Shown here one piece after another: positions 10,346 through 20,912 of a stretch of 64,000 nt of DNA (position 1 is its first letter; the number at the start of each line of letters is the position of its first letter). Both the position numbers and the translations under genes were made by a program. Under the pieces are notes generated by a model. It did no database searches. It saw only the letters and a program-made list of their open reading frames with translations, and was not told the DNA's origin. Source of the stretch: an uncultured Acidobacteriota bacterium. GTDB taxonomy: Bacteria; Acidobacteriota; Polarisedimenticolia; J045. The stretch spans positions 54,685 through 118,684 of the forward strand of contig CAVPCQ010000003.1 of NCBI GenBank assembly GCA_963702425.1, read 5' to 3'.

Positions 10346-12115
10346 GTGCCGCGACGGCCGCTGGCTCGGATCTACCGCCCGCAGCGCTTCTCCGAGGTCC
10401 TCGGCCAGGAAGCCCCGGTCCGGGCGCTCTCGGCGGCCGCGGCGCGGGGCGACGTCGCCAGCGCCTACATCTTCTCGGGGACCCGCGGGATCGGGAAGAC
10501 GACGATCGCGCGCGTCTTCGCCAAGGCGCTCAACTGCGACAAGGGGCCGGCCGCCGACTGCTGCGGCGAGTGCACCCCGTGCCGCGAGATCGCCGAGGCG
10601 CGCGCGCTCGACGTGCTCGAGCTCGACGCCGCGACGCACACCGGGATCGACGACGTGCGCGAGCTGCGCGAGGCGGCGCAGTACCCGCCGACGCGCGACC
10701 GCTACCGGATCTTCATCCTCGACGAAGCCCACCAGCTCTCGACCGCGGCCTGGAACGGACTCCTGAAGATCCTCGAGGAGCCGCCCCCCTACTGCGTCTT
10801 CCTGTTCTGCACCACCGAGCCGCACAAGATCCCGGCCACGATCGAGTCGCGCGCGCTGCACTTCGCCTTCCGCAGCCCCGCGCCGGCCGCGATCCGCGCC
10901 CACCTGGCCGAGGTCGCGAAGAAGGAGCAGGTCGCCGTCGAGCCCGAGGCGCTCGACCTGCTGGCGCGCGCCGCCGACGGCTCGGTGCGCGACGGCCTGT
11001 CGGCGCTCGACCAGGTGCGCGCGCTGGCCGACGGGCGCGACGACCGGACGATCACCGCCGCCGCGGTGCGCGACGCGCTGGGGCTGATCCCGGGCGAGGT
11101 CGTGACGCGCTTCCTGGCCGCGCTCCCCGGCGGCGACGCGGCGGCCGCGCTGGCGGTCGTCGCCGAGCTGGACCTCGAGGGGCAGGACCTGCGCTCGTTC
11201 GCGGCCGAACTGCTCGACCGCGTGCGCCACGCGGCGGTCGCGCGCGCCGTCGGGCGCGACGCCGACGCCGCCGAGCTGGCGGAGCTGTCGATCGAGCAGC
11301 TGGCGTGGCTGGGGAAGGTGCTCGACGAGACCGAGATGCGCCTGCGGCAGAACGCGCCGCAGCGCGTGCTGATGGACCTCGCGGCGGTGCGGATGACGCG
11401 GATGGCGTCGCTCCCCGCGCTGGCCAGCGTCGTGGAGGCGCTGGGCCGCAGCGGCGGATCCGGCGGCGGCGGCAGCTCAGCGGGCGGGACCGGGCGTCCT
11501 GCGTTGTCCGCCGCGCCGCAGCCGCGCGCCGCGCCGCAGCCGCCCGCCGCTCCCCCGCCCCGCCCGACGCGCGCGCGGACCGCCCCTTCCGAACCGCCGC
11601 CCGAGCACCGCCGCCCGAACCGCCGGCCGAACCGCCGCCCGAGCCCGCTGCCGCCCGCGACCCCGCCCGGCGGCCTGCTCGCCCCGCTCGGCGAGCAGCT
11701 GGCCGCGATCAGCCCGGCGCTCGCGAACTACCTCTCCGCGCTCGGCGACGCGCGGCTGGACGCGCGGGGGACGCTGGTCCTCGAGCTGCGCGCCGAGAAG
11801 CGGATCTGGAAGGACCGCTTCGCGCAGCCGGCGGCGCGCGAGGCGGTGCTCGAAGCGGCACGCCGCGTGCTGGGTCGCGTCCCCTCCGGGGTCGAGGTCA
11901 TCGTCGCCGGCAACGGTGCGGCCTCGCCCGGCCGCGGCCCCGGCGGCGCCGGAGCCTCGCGCTCGTCGCGCGCGCAGGTGCTCGACGAGGCCCGGCGCGA
12001 CCCGGTAGTGAAGGAGCTGTTCGAGCGCTTCGGCGCCGTGCTGCTCGACGGCCAGCCGCTGGACGACGGCGGCGGCTCCCAGGCCTGGCGAGATCGACGA
12101 CAGGAGGCATCGCCC
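10346..12115 (+). CDS. dnaX: DNA polymerase III subunit gamma/tau (no stop codon before ybaB)
   Basis: YRPQRFSEVLGQ, GTRGIGKTT, Zn Cys cluster, DEAH, LLKILEEPP; GTG at 10346 with GGAGG RBS (the upstream GTG at 10274 lies inside ffs). Confidence 0.93.
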
Positions 12116-12427
12116 GTGAAGCCGAACATCAACAAGATGCTGAAGGACGCCCAGCGCGCGCAGGAGAAGATGCAGGAGGAGATCTCCGCGCTGCGCTGCG
12201 CCGGGACCTCGGGCGGCGGCGTGATCCGCGCCGTCTGCGACGGCAACCGCAACCTGGTCGAGCTGACGATCTCGCCCGAGGCGCTCGAGGACCCCGACCC
12301 CGGGATGGTGTCCGACCTCGTGCTGGCCGCCGTCAACGACGCGCAGCGGGTCGTCGATGCCGAGGTCCAGAAGAAGATGTCGGCGCTGGCCGGAATGATG
12401 GGCCTGCCGCCGGGCCTCGGCTTCTGA
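12116..12427 (+). CDS. ybaB: YbaB/EbfC nucleoid-associated protein
   Basis: Own AGGAGG RBS and GTG; NINKMLKDAQ..GTSGGG..DLVLAAVNDA; dnaX-ybaB-recR synteny. Confidence 0.9.
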   Translation: MKPNINKMLKDAQRAQEKMQEEISALRCAGTSGGGVIRAVCDGNRNLVELTISPEALEDPDPGMVSDLVLAAVNDAQRVVDAEVQKKMSALAGMMGLPPGLGF

Positions 12428-12455
12428 GCCGCGGCGAGCCGCCGGGAGATCGCGC

Positions 12456-13061
12456 GTGGCCGACCTGCCGGAGCCGCTGGAGCGCCTCGTCTCGCGCCTG
12501 ATCCGCCTGCCCGGGATCGGCCGCCGCGGGGCGCAGCGGATCGCGTTCCACCTGGCAGGTGCGCCGGCGGACGACGTGCGCGCGCTGGCCGGGGCGATCG
12601 CGGCCCTCCCCGAGGCGCTCTCCCCCTGCACCGTCTGCGGGAACATCGCCGGCGCGGAGCTGTGCCCGGTCTGCGCCGACCCGCGGCGCGACCGGACCGC
12701 GCTCTGCGTCGTCGAGCTGCCCGAGAACCTGGCCGCGGTCGAGCGCACCGCCGCCTACCGCGGCGTCTACCACGTGCTCGGAGGCTCGATCTCCCCGCTG
12801 CGGGGGGTCGGCCCCGGAGACCTGCGGATCGACACCCTGCTGGCCCGGCTGGCCACGGGAGAGGTGCGGGAGGTCATCCTGACCACCAACCCGACGGTCG
12901 AGGGGGAAGCGACGGCCCATTACCTGGCCCGGCTGATCGCCCCGTCCGGGGTGCGCGTCACCCGCCCCGCGACCGGGCTCCCCGTCGGGGGAGAACTCGA
13001 CTTCGTCGACCAGGCGACCCTGGCCCGGGCCTTCGAAGGGCGGCGCGGCTTCGAGGACTAG
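12456..13061 (+). CDS. recR: recombination protein RecR
   Basis: LPGIGRRGAQR, C4 zinc finger, TOPRIM NPTVEGEATA. Confidence 0.96.
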   Translation: MADLPEPLERLVSRLIRLPGIGRRGAQRIAFHLAGAPADDVRALAGAIAALPEALSPCTVCGNIAGAELCPVCADPRRDRTALCVVELPENLAAVERTAAYRGVYHVLGGSISPLRGVGPGDLRIDTLLARLATGEVREVILTTNPTVEGEATAHYLARLIAPSGVRVTRPATGLPVGGELDFVDQATLARAFEGRRGFED

Positions 13062-13228
13062 CCCGTCCCCCGCCCGTCCCCCCACCCCGCCGCACGGTGG
13101 ACCGTCGTGGACGAGGGGGGCCGGGGGGACTTACATTCGCGCCGGTACTGCGCGTGCCCGATCCGAACGTCGCGGACCATCACGAACGCTGGCGGACGAC
13201 TCGCGCGACCGGCCACGAGGACGACGGA

Positions 13229-13729
13229 ATGCAGGGGACCGACCTGATCCTCCGCGAGGAGGAGCACCGCAAGATCAGCCGCCTCGCGGACCGTCTCCTG
13301 AAGGAGGCCAACGCCGAGTTCGTGGCCCTGATCGACCGCAACGGCCAGCCGATCAGCTGGTCCGGCGGGATGGAGGGGCTCGACAAGACGGCGCTGGCTT
13401 CGCTGGCCGCCGGCAACGTCGCCGCCACGGAAGGCCTGGCGCGGATGATCGGCGAGCAGCGCTTCCTCTCGATGTACCACGAGGGGGACCGCGACCACGT
13501 CTACATGTCCGCGGTCGGCGAGATCGGGATCCTGGTCGTCGCGTTCAACGAGCGCTCCTCGCTGGGCCTGGTCCGGCTGCGCGTGCGGCAGGTCACCCCC
13601 GACATGGAGGCCGTGATCCGCGAGGTGATCGAGAAGAGCAAGCGCGGGATCGACGCCGGCGACGCCTTCGCCCCGCTGGGCGAGATCACCGACGACGACA
13701 TCGACAACCTGTTCAAGGACGGGTTCTAG
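13229..13729 (+). CDS. mglB: roadblock/LC7 GTPase-activating protein MglB
   Basis: LIDRNGQ..LASLAAGNVAATEGLA..SSLGLVRLRV..EITDDDIDNLF. Confidence 0.9.
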   Translation: MQGTDLILREEEHRKISRLADRLLKEANAEFVALIDRNGQPISWSGGMEGLDKTALASLAAGNVAATEGLARMIGEQRFLSMYHEGDRDHVYMSAVGEIGILVVAFNERSSLGLVRLRVRQVTPDMEAVIREVIEKSKRGIDAGDAFAPLGEITDDDIDNLFKDGF

Positions 13730-13732
13730 GCC

Positions 13733-14326
13733 ATGCCCTTCATCAACTACGCCAGCCGCGAGATCACCTGCAAGCTCGTCTACTACGGGCCGGGGCTCTG
13801 CGGCAAGACGACCAACCTGCAGTGGATCTACCAGCAGTCCAGCCCCGAGGCGAAGGGGAAGCTGGTCTCGCTGGCGACCGAGGCCGAGCGCACGCTGTTC
13901 TTCGACCTGCTGCCGCTCAATCTCGGCCAGATCCGCGGCTTCAACATCCGCTTCCAGCTCTACACCGTGCCGGGCCAGATCTTCTACGACGCCTCGCGCA
14001 AGCTGATCGTCAAGGGGGCCGACGGCGTCGTCTTCGTCGCCGACTCGCAGAGCGCGCGCTACGACGCCAACATCGAGTCGCTGCGCAACCTGCAGGAGCA
14101 CCTCAAGGAGAACGGGATCGACTTCTGGACGATCCCCTACGTCCTGCAGCTCAACAAGCGCGACCTGCCGACGGCGATGCCGCGCGAGGACCTGGAGGCG
14201 GTGCTGCGGGTCCGGAACGAGCCGGTCTTCGACGCGGTCGCCCCGCAGGGGGTCGGCGTCTTCGAGACGCTGAAGGCGCTGGTCAAGCAGTCGCTGACCC
14301 GGCTGCGGACGGGGGCGACGGCCTAG
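13733..14326 (+). CDS. mglA: small Ras-like GTPase MglA
   Basis: MPFINY..KLVYYGPGLCGKTTNL, RTLFFD, YTVPGQ, NKRDL. Confidence 0.93.
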   Translation: MPFINYASREITCKLVYYGPGLCGKTTNLQWIYQQSSPEAKGKLVSLATEAERTLFFDLLPLNLGQIRGFNIRFQLYTVPGQIFYDASRKLIVKGADGVVFVADSQSARYDANIESLRNLQEHLKENGIDFWTIPYVLQLNKRDLPTAMPREDLEAVLRVRNEPVFDAVAPQGVGVFETLKALVKQSLTRLRTGATA

Positions 14327-14368
14327 TATCCTGAGCCCGCTCCGCGCCTGGCGCGGAAGGGGGCGTCC

Positions 14369-16869
14369 ATGGCGTGGTCGCGCGCGCCGTTCCGTCGTCG
14401 TCGCTCGTCGTGGTCGCTCATCTCCGCCTGTGCCGGCGCTTGCGTCGCGTGGTCCGCCGAGTTGCTCGTGCGGGTACAGGACGGCGACGGCGTCGCGCTG
14501 CCCGAGTGGTGCGTCAGCCTGCTCCGGGTCGGGCCGGTGCCGGCGGCGGCAGGGGGACGGGGCCGCGGCCGTGCCGCCCGGCGGGCGCCCCGGGAACCGC
14601 AGCGCGGCCGCCCTACGCGACCACCGACCTGGCGGGGCGCGCCGTCGTTCTCCGGCCTCGCGCCGGGCGTCTACCGGGTCGCCTTTCCCGGGACCGGCCT
14701 GGACGAGCGATGGCTGCTGACCCCGCCGGCTGGCGACGCGGTCTTCACGCTGCCCGACGAGCGCGCGCGCGCCGAGCTGACGCTCGTGCTGCCGCGCGGC
14801 GACCGGCTCGTCGTGACGATCGAGACCGACGAAGTCATCCGGCGCGTGCGCGTCGATCCGGCTGGTCGAGCAGGCGCGGGGGGGCGAGTTCGCTTTCGCC
14901 GCCTGCTCCACGCGGGAGGCCAGACGGATCGTCCCGCCCGGACGCTGGACCGTGACCGCGACGGGGCAGAACGGCGCGACCTTCGAGTCGCTCGCGCTCG
15001 ACGGCGTCCCCGCGCCGGGCGCGGTCGGCGAGATCGAGGTCACCGCGGGGGGGCGCACGCACGATCTCCGGCTGCGCTACGGGACGGGCTGCATGGTGCT
15101 CCGGCCGCGCCCGCTGGAACGTCGGCAACAGCCCGCCGGCCTCCGTCTGCGCCCGGCTCGTCGCGCCGGGGCCGCGGCTCGCGGCGGCGCTCGCCGCCGG
15201 GGAGAAGCAGCCGGACCACGTCTGCTTCTCGCTGGTCGACTCCGGCAACTGGTCGGGCCAGGTGGCGGACGGAACCTGGACGATCGCGCCGGAGGGCGAG
15301 CGGCTGATCGCTCGGAGCCGCCGTCGGCGACGTTCGAGTGCCGCGCGAACGAGATCGGGAGCTTCGACTTCGAGCTGCGGGCGCGCGACGAGGAGGAGAC
15401 GGACAAGCTGTACGTGAAGGTCGTCACGGCGGAGGGCGAGCCGGTGGGCGGCGCCGCGGTCGAACTGTTCCCCCGCGACGCGGGCCCAATGGAGACCGCG
15501 GAGCCGCTGGCGTCTCGACCCAGAGCTTCGGGCGCGAGGGCGTCACCGTCTTTCTCCGCGCGCCGCGCCGGGAGCTGGTCGCGGTCGCCACGCACCCGGT
15601 GTACGGCGACGGCCGGCTCGAGCTTGGGCTGCGGCGCGGCCACGTCGTGCTCGCGCTGGAGCGGCGCGCGACGCTCGCGATCCAGGCCACGGGGCCGGAC
15701 GGAAAGGCGTTCCGCGGGGTGGAGGTCACGCTCGACGCGGAGACCGACGAGCCGCTGCCGAAGACCGCGGCCTCCGGCTTCCGCGTGGCGCAAGGCCCAG
15801 GCGCACCGCCGCGCCGTGACCGACGCCACCGGCCGCGCCACGCTGCAGGGGCTGCGCCCGGGGCGCTGGCGGGTGCGGCCCGCCATCACGGGCCCGACGC
15901 GGCCCGCTGGTCGGCGTCGATCCTCGTCGCGGAGAACGAGCGCGTGCCCGAGACCGTGGTCGACGTGCCCGGAGACCGGGCAGGTCCCGCTGGCGATCCG
16001 CGTCCGGCCGGCGACCGCGATCGAGCTGCGGCTGGCCTGCGACGACGACGGCAAGGTGCCGATGCGCGCGTCGGTCGCGCTGCTCGAGCCGCACGCCGAC
16101 GCGCCGTGGCGGAGCGCGCTGCCGATCGGGAAGCTCGAGGCGGCGAAATCGCTCGACGGGCTGGCGCTCGGCGGGCCCCAGCTCGACCGGCTCGTCGCGG
16201 GACCGCTCCCCGCGGGGACCTTCGCGATCGCGATCCGCCCCGAGGGGTTCGACCGCTGGACCTTCGCGCCCGGCACCGAGGATCCGGCCCGCGCGGGGGT
16301 CCTCGCGCTGAACGAAGGCGAGGCGCTCGAGCTCGGCACCTGGGAGCTGAACTGCCGGCCGTCGATCCTGCTCGTGCCGGAGTGGCGCGAGCCGGGGCCA
16401 GACGCGCCGCCCGACATCGCGCGCGCCGAGGCCGCGGTGGAGCCTGGCGCCCGAGGGCGCCGCGCGGCGCGACGCGACGGCGGGGCCGCCCGTCGCGGCG
16501 CCGGCCCGAACGCCGTACCGCCAGCCCCTGCTGAACGCGCTGCGCCTGACGGGCCTCGACCCCGGCCGGTTCACCGCGACGATCGCGATCACCGACCGCC
16601 TGCTGCTGCCGGAAGGCGCGCGGCCCGAGGGAGACGGTTCGGCTGTCGCGCTGGAGCGCGGGCGGGAGCTGGTGCGGCGCGTGCCGTTCGAGTCGCGCGC
16701 CGGCAGCCTCGACGTCGTGAGCGACGCCCCCGCGATCCTGCTGCTCGACGCGAACGGCGCGACGGTCGCGTTGCTGGCGCGGGCGTCGAACGGTGTCTTC
16801 CGCGCCGGCCCGCTCCCGCCGGGGGACTATCGCGTCCAAGCCTGCCGCGATGCGGCGTGTGCCGCGTGA
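14369..16869 (+). pseudogene. secreted carboxypeptidase-regulatory-like (CnaB/Ig repeat) protein with multiple frameshifts
   Basis: Signal peptide-like start; repeated motifs GLAPGVYRV, TDATGRATLQGLRPGRWRV, GPLPAGTF and GPLPPGDYRV scattered over different frames. Confidence 0.6.
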
Positions 16870-16949
16870 GGGCGCTTCGCTCGGCGAGGTGGCGATCTCC
16901 GCCGGGGCGGTCGCCGCGGTCCCGTAGCCCTCGCTTTCGACAGCAGACC

Positions 16950-17313
16950 TCAGGTCGGGATCCACCAGCGCCAGGATCCGCGCCGTCGCGTCGCGCAGGA
17001 TCTCGTCCGGGACGGAGCCGCGCTCGCGCGGCCGCGCGGACCCTCCAGTCGAGGGCAGTCTTGAGCTGGTCGCAGAGCACCGCGCCCTGCACGATCGAGG
17101 CCGCTCGGCGGAGCCCGACCTCGAACGGATAGCCCTTCACGTTCGACGTGAGCGGGCAAGACGAGCGCCAGCCCGCACACTTGCGGTTGTACGACCGCGG
17201 CGAGATCACGAGCGCGCGGGCGCCGGCCCGCCTGCTCGCTGCCGGCCTGCGGGTTGAATTGCAGCCAGACCCGAGGTCGCCACGCTCCGGGACGTAGACG
17301 CCCCGGCCGTCAC
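16950..17313 (-). pseudogene. mazF: MazF/PemK toxin, frameshifted
   Basis: Pieces YVPERGD, WLQFNPQAGSEQAGRR, VISPRSYN, PLTSNVKGYPFEV and AVLCDQLK in shifting frames. Confidence 0.75.
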
Positions 17314-17586
17314 CAGGCCTCCCGGCCGACCGGGCCGCCGGAGTCGAACTCGTCGTGCCGGTTTTCGTCGGTGACCCAGGCGGAGCAGCTCGTCGAGCTC
17401 GCTACCTTCCGGGGGCGGTGACGCGAGGGCGGATCACGAGGCCCCCCACGATGAAGCCTCGCGGTGTCGACAGGGATAACGCCAGGATCCGATCTCGGAG
17501 CCGGCCGACACCCCGGCCTCCTCCGCGAAGGCCTTGGGGATCCGCAGGCCGAGGCTGTTTCCCCACTTCCGGATGGTGGTCTGCAC
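17310..17586 (-). pseudogene. mazE: MazE/AbrB antitoxin, frameshifted
   Basis: GTG start, QTTIRKWGNSLGLRIPKAFAEEAG ... VTDENRHDEFDSGGPVGREAW. Confidence 0.8.
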
Positions 17587-17599
17587 GGCGTCCTCGATG

Positions 17600-17617
17600 G
17601 ATACACAATGAGTATAC
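17600..17617. promoter_or_regulatory. putative mazEF operator/promoter
   Basis: AT-rich imperfect palindrome GATACACAATGAGTATAC just upstream of mazE. Confidence 0.45.
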
Positions 17618-17666
17618 TGCCGTTCGACCCGACGGGCCCGTTCGCACCGCCCCGCGCCCTTCCAGG

Positions 17667-17695
17667 TTGACGGCCCCCCGCCCCGCCCCTAGAAT
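17667..17695 (+). promoter_or_regulatory. sigma70 promoter of the rplU operon
   Basis: TTGACG-17 bp-TAGAAT. Confidence 0.7.
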
Positions 17696-17724
17696 CCCGC
17701 GCTTCGCGTCTTTCGGGAGGTTTC

Positions 17725-18045
17725 ATGTCCTTCGCAGTCATTGCGGCGGGCGGGCGGCAGTTGCGCGTCGAACCAGGCGAACTGGTGCGCGTCGACCGGC
17801 TGCACAGCGCGGCGGGTGATCAGGTCACCTTCGATCGCGTCCTGCTCGTCGGTTCCGATGCCGGGCTCAAGGTCGGCACGCCGGTCGTGGCGGGCGCCAC
17901 GGTCACCGCGCGCGTCATCGAGGAGCGCCGCGAGAAGAAGGTGCTGATCTTCAAGAAGCGCCGGACCAAGACGTTCCGGAAGATGCGCGGCCACCGCGAG
18001 TACTTCACGCTGGTGCGCATCGAGGCGATCGAGCCGGGCAGCTAG
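17725..18045 (+). CDS. rplU: 50S ribosomal protein L21
   Basis: [26 protein letters not shown]. Confidence 0.96.
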   Translation: MSFAVIAAGGRQLRVEPGELVRVDRLHSAAGDQVTFDRVLLVGSDAGLKVGTPVVAGATVTARVIEERREKKVLIFKKRRTKTFRKMRGHREYFTLVRIEAIEPGS

Positions 18046-18056
18046 GGGGTACGGAA

Positions 18057-18314
18057 ATGGCTCACAAGAAAGCCGGTGGTTCGTCCCGCAACGGTCGCGA
18101 CAGCCAGTCCCAGCGGCTGGGCGTGAAGCGCTTCGGCGGCCAGGTCGTCAAGGCCGGGAACATCCTCGTCCGCCAGCGCGGGACCCCGATCAAGCCCGGG
18201 CCGAACGTCGGGCGCGGCAAGGACGACACCCTCTTCGCGCTCGAGGACGGCGTCGTGACGTTCAAGGATCGCGGCCGCATGGGCCGGTTCGTGTCGATCG
18301 TCCCGCAGGCCTGA
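18057..18314 (+). CDS. rpmA: 50S ribosomal protein L27
   Basis: [26 protein letters not shown]. Confidence 0.98.
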   Translation: MAHKKAGGSSRNGRDSQSQRLGVKRFGGQVVKAGNILVRQRGTPIKPGPNVGRGKDDTLFALEDGVVTFKDRGRMGRFVSIVPQA

Positions 18315-18343
18315 GGCGGCTCGCCTCTCGGGCCGCGGACCGG

Positions 18344-19384
18344 GTGTTCATCGACGAAGTCAGGCTCGCCCTCGCCGGCGGTCACGGTGGCCGGGGGTCG
18401 GTAGCGTTCCGCCGCGAAAAGTTCGTCCCGCGCGGCGGCCCCTCGGGCGGTGACGGCGGCGCCGGCGGCTCGATCTGGCTGGTCGCCGACCCGGCCCAGA
18501 ACACCCTGCTCCGCTACCGCTACGAGAAGGAGTTCACCGCGCCGCGCGGCCGGCACGGCGAGGGCTCCCTGAAGACCGGCAAGTCGGGCGACGACATCGT
18601 CCTGCCGGTGCCGCTCGGGACGCAGGTCCTCGACACCGACGGCGTGCTGCTGCTGGCCGACCTGGTCGAGCCGGGGCAGCGTTGGCGCGCGGCGAAGGGG
18701 GGCCGCGGCGGCAAGGGGAACGCCCACTTCGCGACCGCCACGCGCCAGGCGCCGCGCTTTGCGCAGCCGGGCGAGGCGGGCGAAGAGCGCGTGCTGAAGC
18801 TGATCCTGAAGCTGCTCGCCGACATCGGTTTCGTCGGCTTCCCCAACGCCGGCAAGAGCACGCTGATCTCGCGCATCTCGGCCGCCAAGCCCGAGATCGC
18901 CGACTACCCGTTCACGACGCTGGTCCCGCACCTCGGCGTCGTCGACGCCGGAGATCACTCGTCGTTCGTCGTCGCCGACCTGCCCGGCCTGATCGAGGGG
19001 GCGCACGCCGGCAAGGGGTTGGGCGACCGCTTCCTCAAGCACGTCGAGCGCTGCCGCGCGCTGGCCTTCCTGATCGACGTCTCCTCGGCGTCGCTGCGCG
19101 AACCCGTCGAGGACCTCACGATCCTGGAGCGCGAGCTGGTGCTCTACAGCCCGGGACTGGCGGCGCGGCCGCGCGTCGTCGTCGCCACCAAGCTCGACGC
19201 GCTGGACGAGCCGGAGCGGCTGGAACGGCTGCGCGCGGCAGCAGCCGAGCGCGGCGTGGGCTTCCTGCCGATTTCCGCCGCGACCGGCCGGGGGCTCCCC
19301 GACCTGGTGCGCAGCTTCGCCACGCTGGCGCGTGCGCCGCGGCCCGAAGCGGCCGCGATCGCGCTGCCGGAGCACGACGCGTGA
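18344..19384 (+). CDS. obgE: GTPase ObgE/CgtA
   Basis: FRREKFVPRGGPSGGDGG, GFPNAGKS, YPFTT, DLPG. Confidence 0.97.
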   Translation: MFIDEVRLALAGGHGGRGSVAFRREKFVPRGGPSGGDGGAGGSIWLVADPAQNTLLRYRYEKEFTAPRGRHGEGSLKTGKSGDDIVLPVPLGTQVLDTDGVLLLADLVEPGQRWRAAKGGRGGKGNAHFATATRQAPRFAQPGEAGEERVLKLILKLLADIGFVGFPNAGKSTLISRISAAKPEIADYPFTTLVPHLGVVDAGDHSSFVVADLPGLIEGAHAGKGLGDRFLKHVERCRALAFLIDVSSASLREPVEDLTILERELVLYSPGLAARPRVVVATKLDALDEPERLERLRAAAAERGVGFLPISAATGRGLPDLVRSFATLARAPRPEAAAIALPEHDA

Positions 19385-20013
19385 GGGTCGGCGTCTACGG
19401 CGGGACCTTCGACCCGCCGCACCGCGGGCACCTCGCGGTGGCTTGCGCGGCGCGCGACGGCCTCGCGCTCGACCGCGTCGAGCTGGTCCCGTCGCACACG
19501 CCGCCGCACCGCCGGCCGACCGCAGCCTCACCGCTCGACCGCCTGGCGATGGTCGCGCTGGCGACCGCCGGCGAGCGCGGCCTCGTCCCCTCGCCGCGCG
19601 AGATCCGCCGCGGCAGCGTGTCGTATACGGTCGAGACGCTGCGCGAGATCCGGGGCGAGCAGGCCGACGCCGAGCTGTTCCTGGTGCTCGGCGCCGATGC
19701 CTACGACGAGCTGCCGACCTGGAGCCGGGCCGACGAGATCCAGCGGCTGGCGCACCTGGCGGTGCTGCCGCGGCCGGGCAGCGCCGGCGTCTCCGCGGTC
19801 CGGCCCGACGACGGGCCGCGCCTGCGCCGGCCGGGCGAGGCCCCGCCGGCGGGCGGCCTCGCGCTGTACCGCGTCGAGATGGAGCCGATGGCGATCTCGT
19901 CGCGCGAGATCCGCCGGCGCGTCCAGGACGGCGCGCCGGTCGAGGCCCTCGTCACACCGGCCGTCCTGGGGTATATCGGGCGGCGCGGGCTGTACCGGTC
20001 AGGAGGAGCATGA
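19381..20013 (+). CDS. nadD: nicotinate-nucleotide adenylyltransferase
   Basis: GVYGGTFDPPHRGH, SYTVETL, ISSREIR. Confidence 0.93.
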   Translation: MRVGVYGGTFDPPHRGHLAVACAARDGLALDRVELVPSHTPPHRRPTAASPLDRLAMVALATAGERGLVPSPREIRRGSVSYTVETLREIRGEQADAELFLVLGADAYDELPTWSRADEIQRLAHLAVLPRPGSAGVSAVRPDDGPRLRRPGEAPPAGGLALYRVEMEPMAISSREIRRRVQDGAPVEALVTPAVLGYIGRRGLYRSGGA

Positions 20014-20402
20014 CGACCAGCGCGGGGAACGCGGGGAACCAGGGCAACGCAGGCGAGGAGAAACTGCTCGGCGCGGCCGTGCGCGCGCTGCTGAGCCGCA
20101 AGGCGGAACGCCCGGTCGTGCTCGACCTGCGCGGGCACGAGGCCTTCACCGAGTACTTCGTGATCTGCCACGGGACCTCAGATCGGCAGGTCAAGTCGCT
20201 GGCCGACGCGGTCGAGGACCAGGTGCGCGAGGAGACCGGCCGCAAGCCGTCGAGCGAAGGCTACGCGCGGGGCGAGTGGATCCTGCTCGACTACGGCGAG
20301 CTGGTCGTGCACCTCTTCCTCGAGGACGCGCGGGAGTTCTACCGCCTCGAGGGGCTGTGGGGCGACTGCCCGCAGATCGACGTCGCGTCGTTCGGGGAGT
20401 AG
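20010..20402 (+). CDS. rsfS: ribosome silencing factor
   Basis: EYFVICHGTSDRQV..WILLDYG..REFYRLEGLW; AGGAGG RBS. Confidence 0.93.
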   Translation: MTTSAGNAGNQGNAGEEKLLGAAVRALLSRKAERPVVLDLRGHEAFTEYFVICHGTSDRQVKSLADAVEDQVREETGRKPSSEGYARGEWILLDYGELVVHLFLEDAREFYRLEGLWGDCPQIDVASFGE

Positions 20403-20462
20403 GGGTGGCGGCGCCTGGACGGGGCGACGACCGCCGCGGTAACTTGGCTTGGGGAGGATGAC

Positions 20463-20786
20463 GTGGCCGGACCGAGCCGCCCTTCCGCGCGCGTGAGGAT
20501 CGCGTTCGATCGCGAGGCCCTCGTGCGATTCTGCCTGCAGCGCGCCATCCGGCGGCTGGGGTTCTTCGGCTCCGTGTTGCGGGACGATTTCGACGACCGG
20601 AGCGATGTCGACATTCTGGTCGAGTTCCTCCCCGGCCACACGCCGGGTCTCGCGTTTTTCGAGATGGAGGAGGAACTCTCGCGCCTCCTGGGTCGCCGCG
20701 TCGACCTGAATACGCCGGCCTTCCTCAGCCCGCACTTCCGCGACGACGCACTGCGCGGGGCCGAGATCGTCTATGAGCAGGCGTGA
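20463..20786 (+). CDS. minimal nucleotidyltransferase (MNT antitoxin)
   Basis: FFGSVLRDDF..SDVDILVEF..LLGRRVDLNT. Confidence 0.88.
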   Translation: MAGPSRPSARVRIAFDREALVRFCLQRAIRRLGFFGSVLRDDFDDRSDVDILVEFLPGHTPGLAFFEMEEELSRLLGRRVDLNTPAFLSPHFRDDALRGAEIVYEQA

Positions 20787-20910
20787 CCCGCGGCTCCGGC
20801 TGATCCACGGATACGACGCGGTGGACCTCGCGATCGTCTGGCAGATCGTCCAACGTGATCTCGACCCTCTCGTGGCCGATCTCGACAGGCTACTCGCCGA
20901 ATGGGAGTAG
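20773..20910 (+). pseudogene. HEPN/DUF86 toxin with an in-frame internal deletion (45 aa)
   Basis: MSRRDPRLRLIHGYDAVDLAIVWQIVQRDLDPL..: the N-terminus is joined directly to the C-terminal IHGY..VD..IVW segment. Confidence 0.75.
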
Positions 20911-20912
20911 GG

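Noticed and set aside
11500-11680. Programmed frameshift in dnaX
   Set aside because: No slippery A/T run; the frame ambiguity in the Pro-rich linker is more likely low complexity or compensating indels
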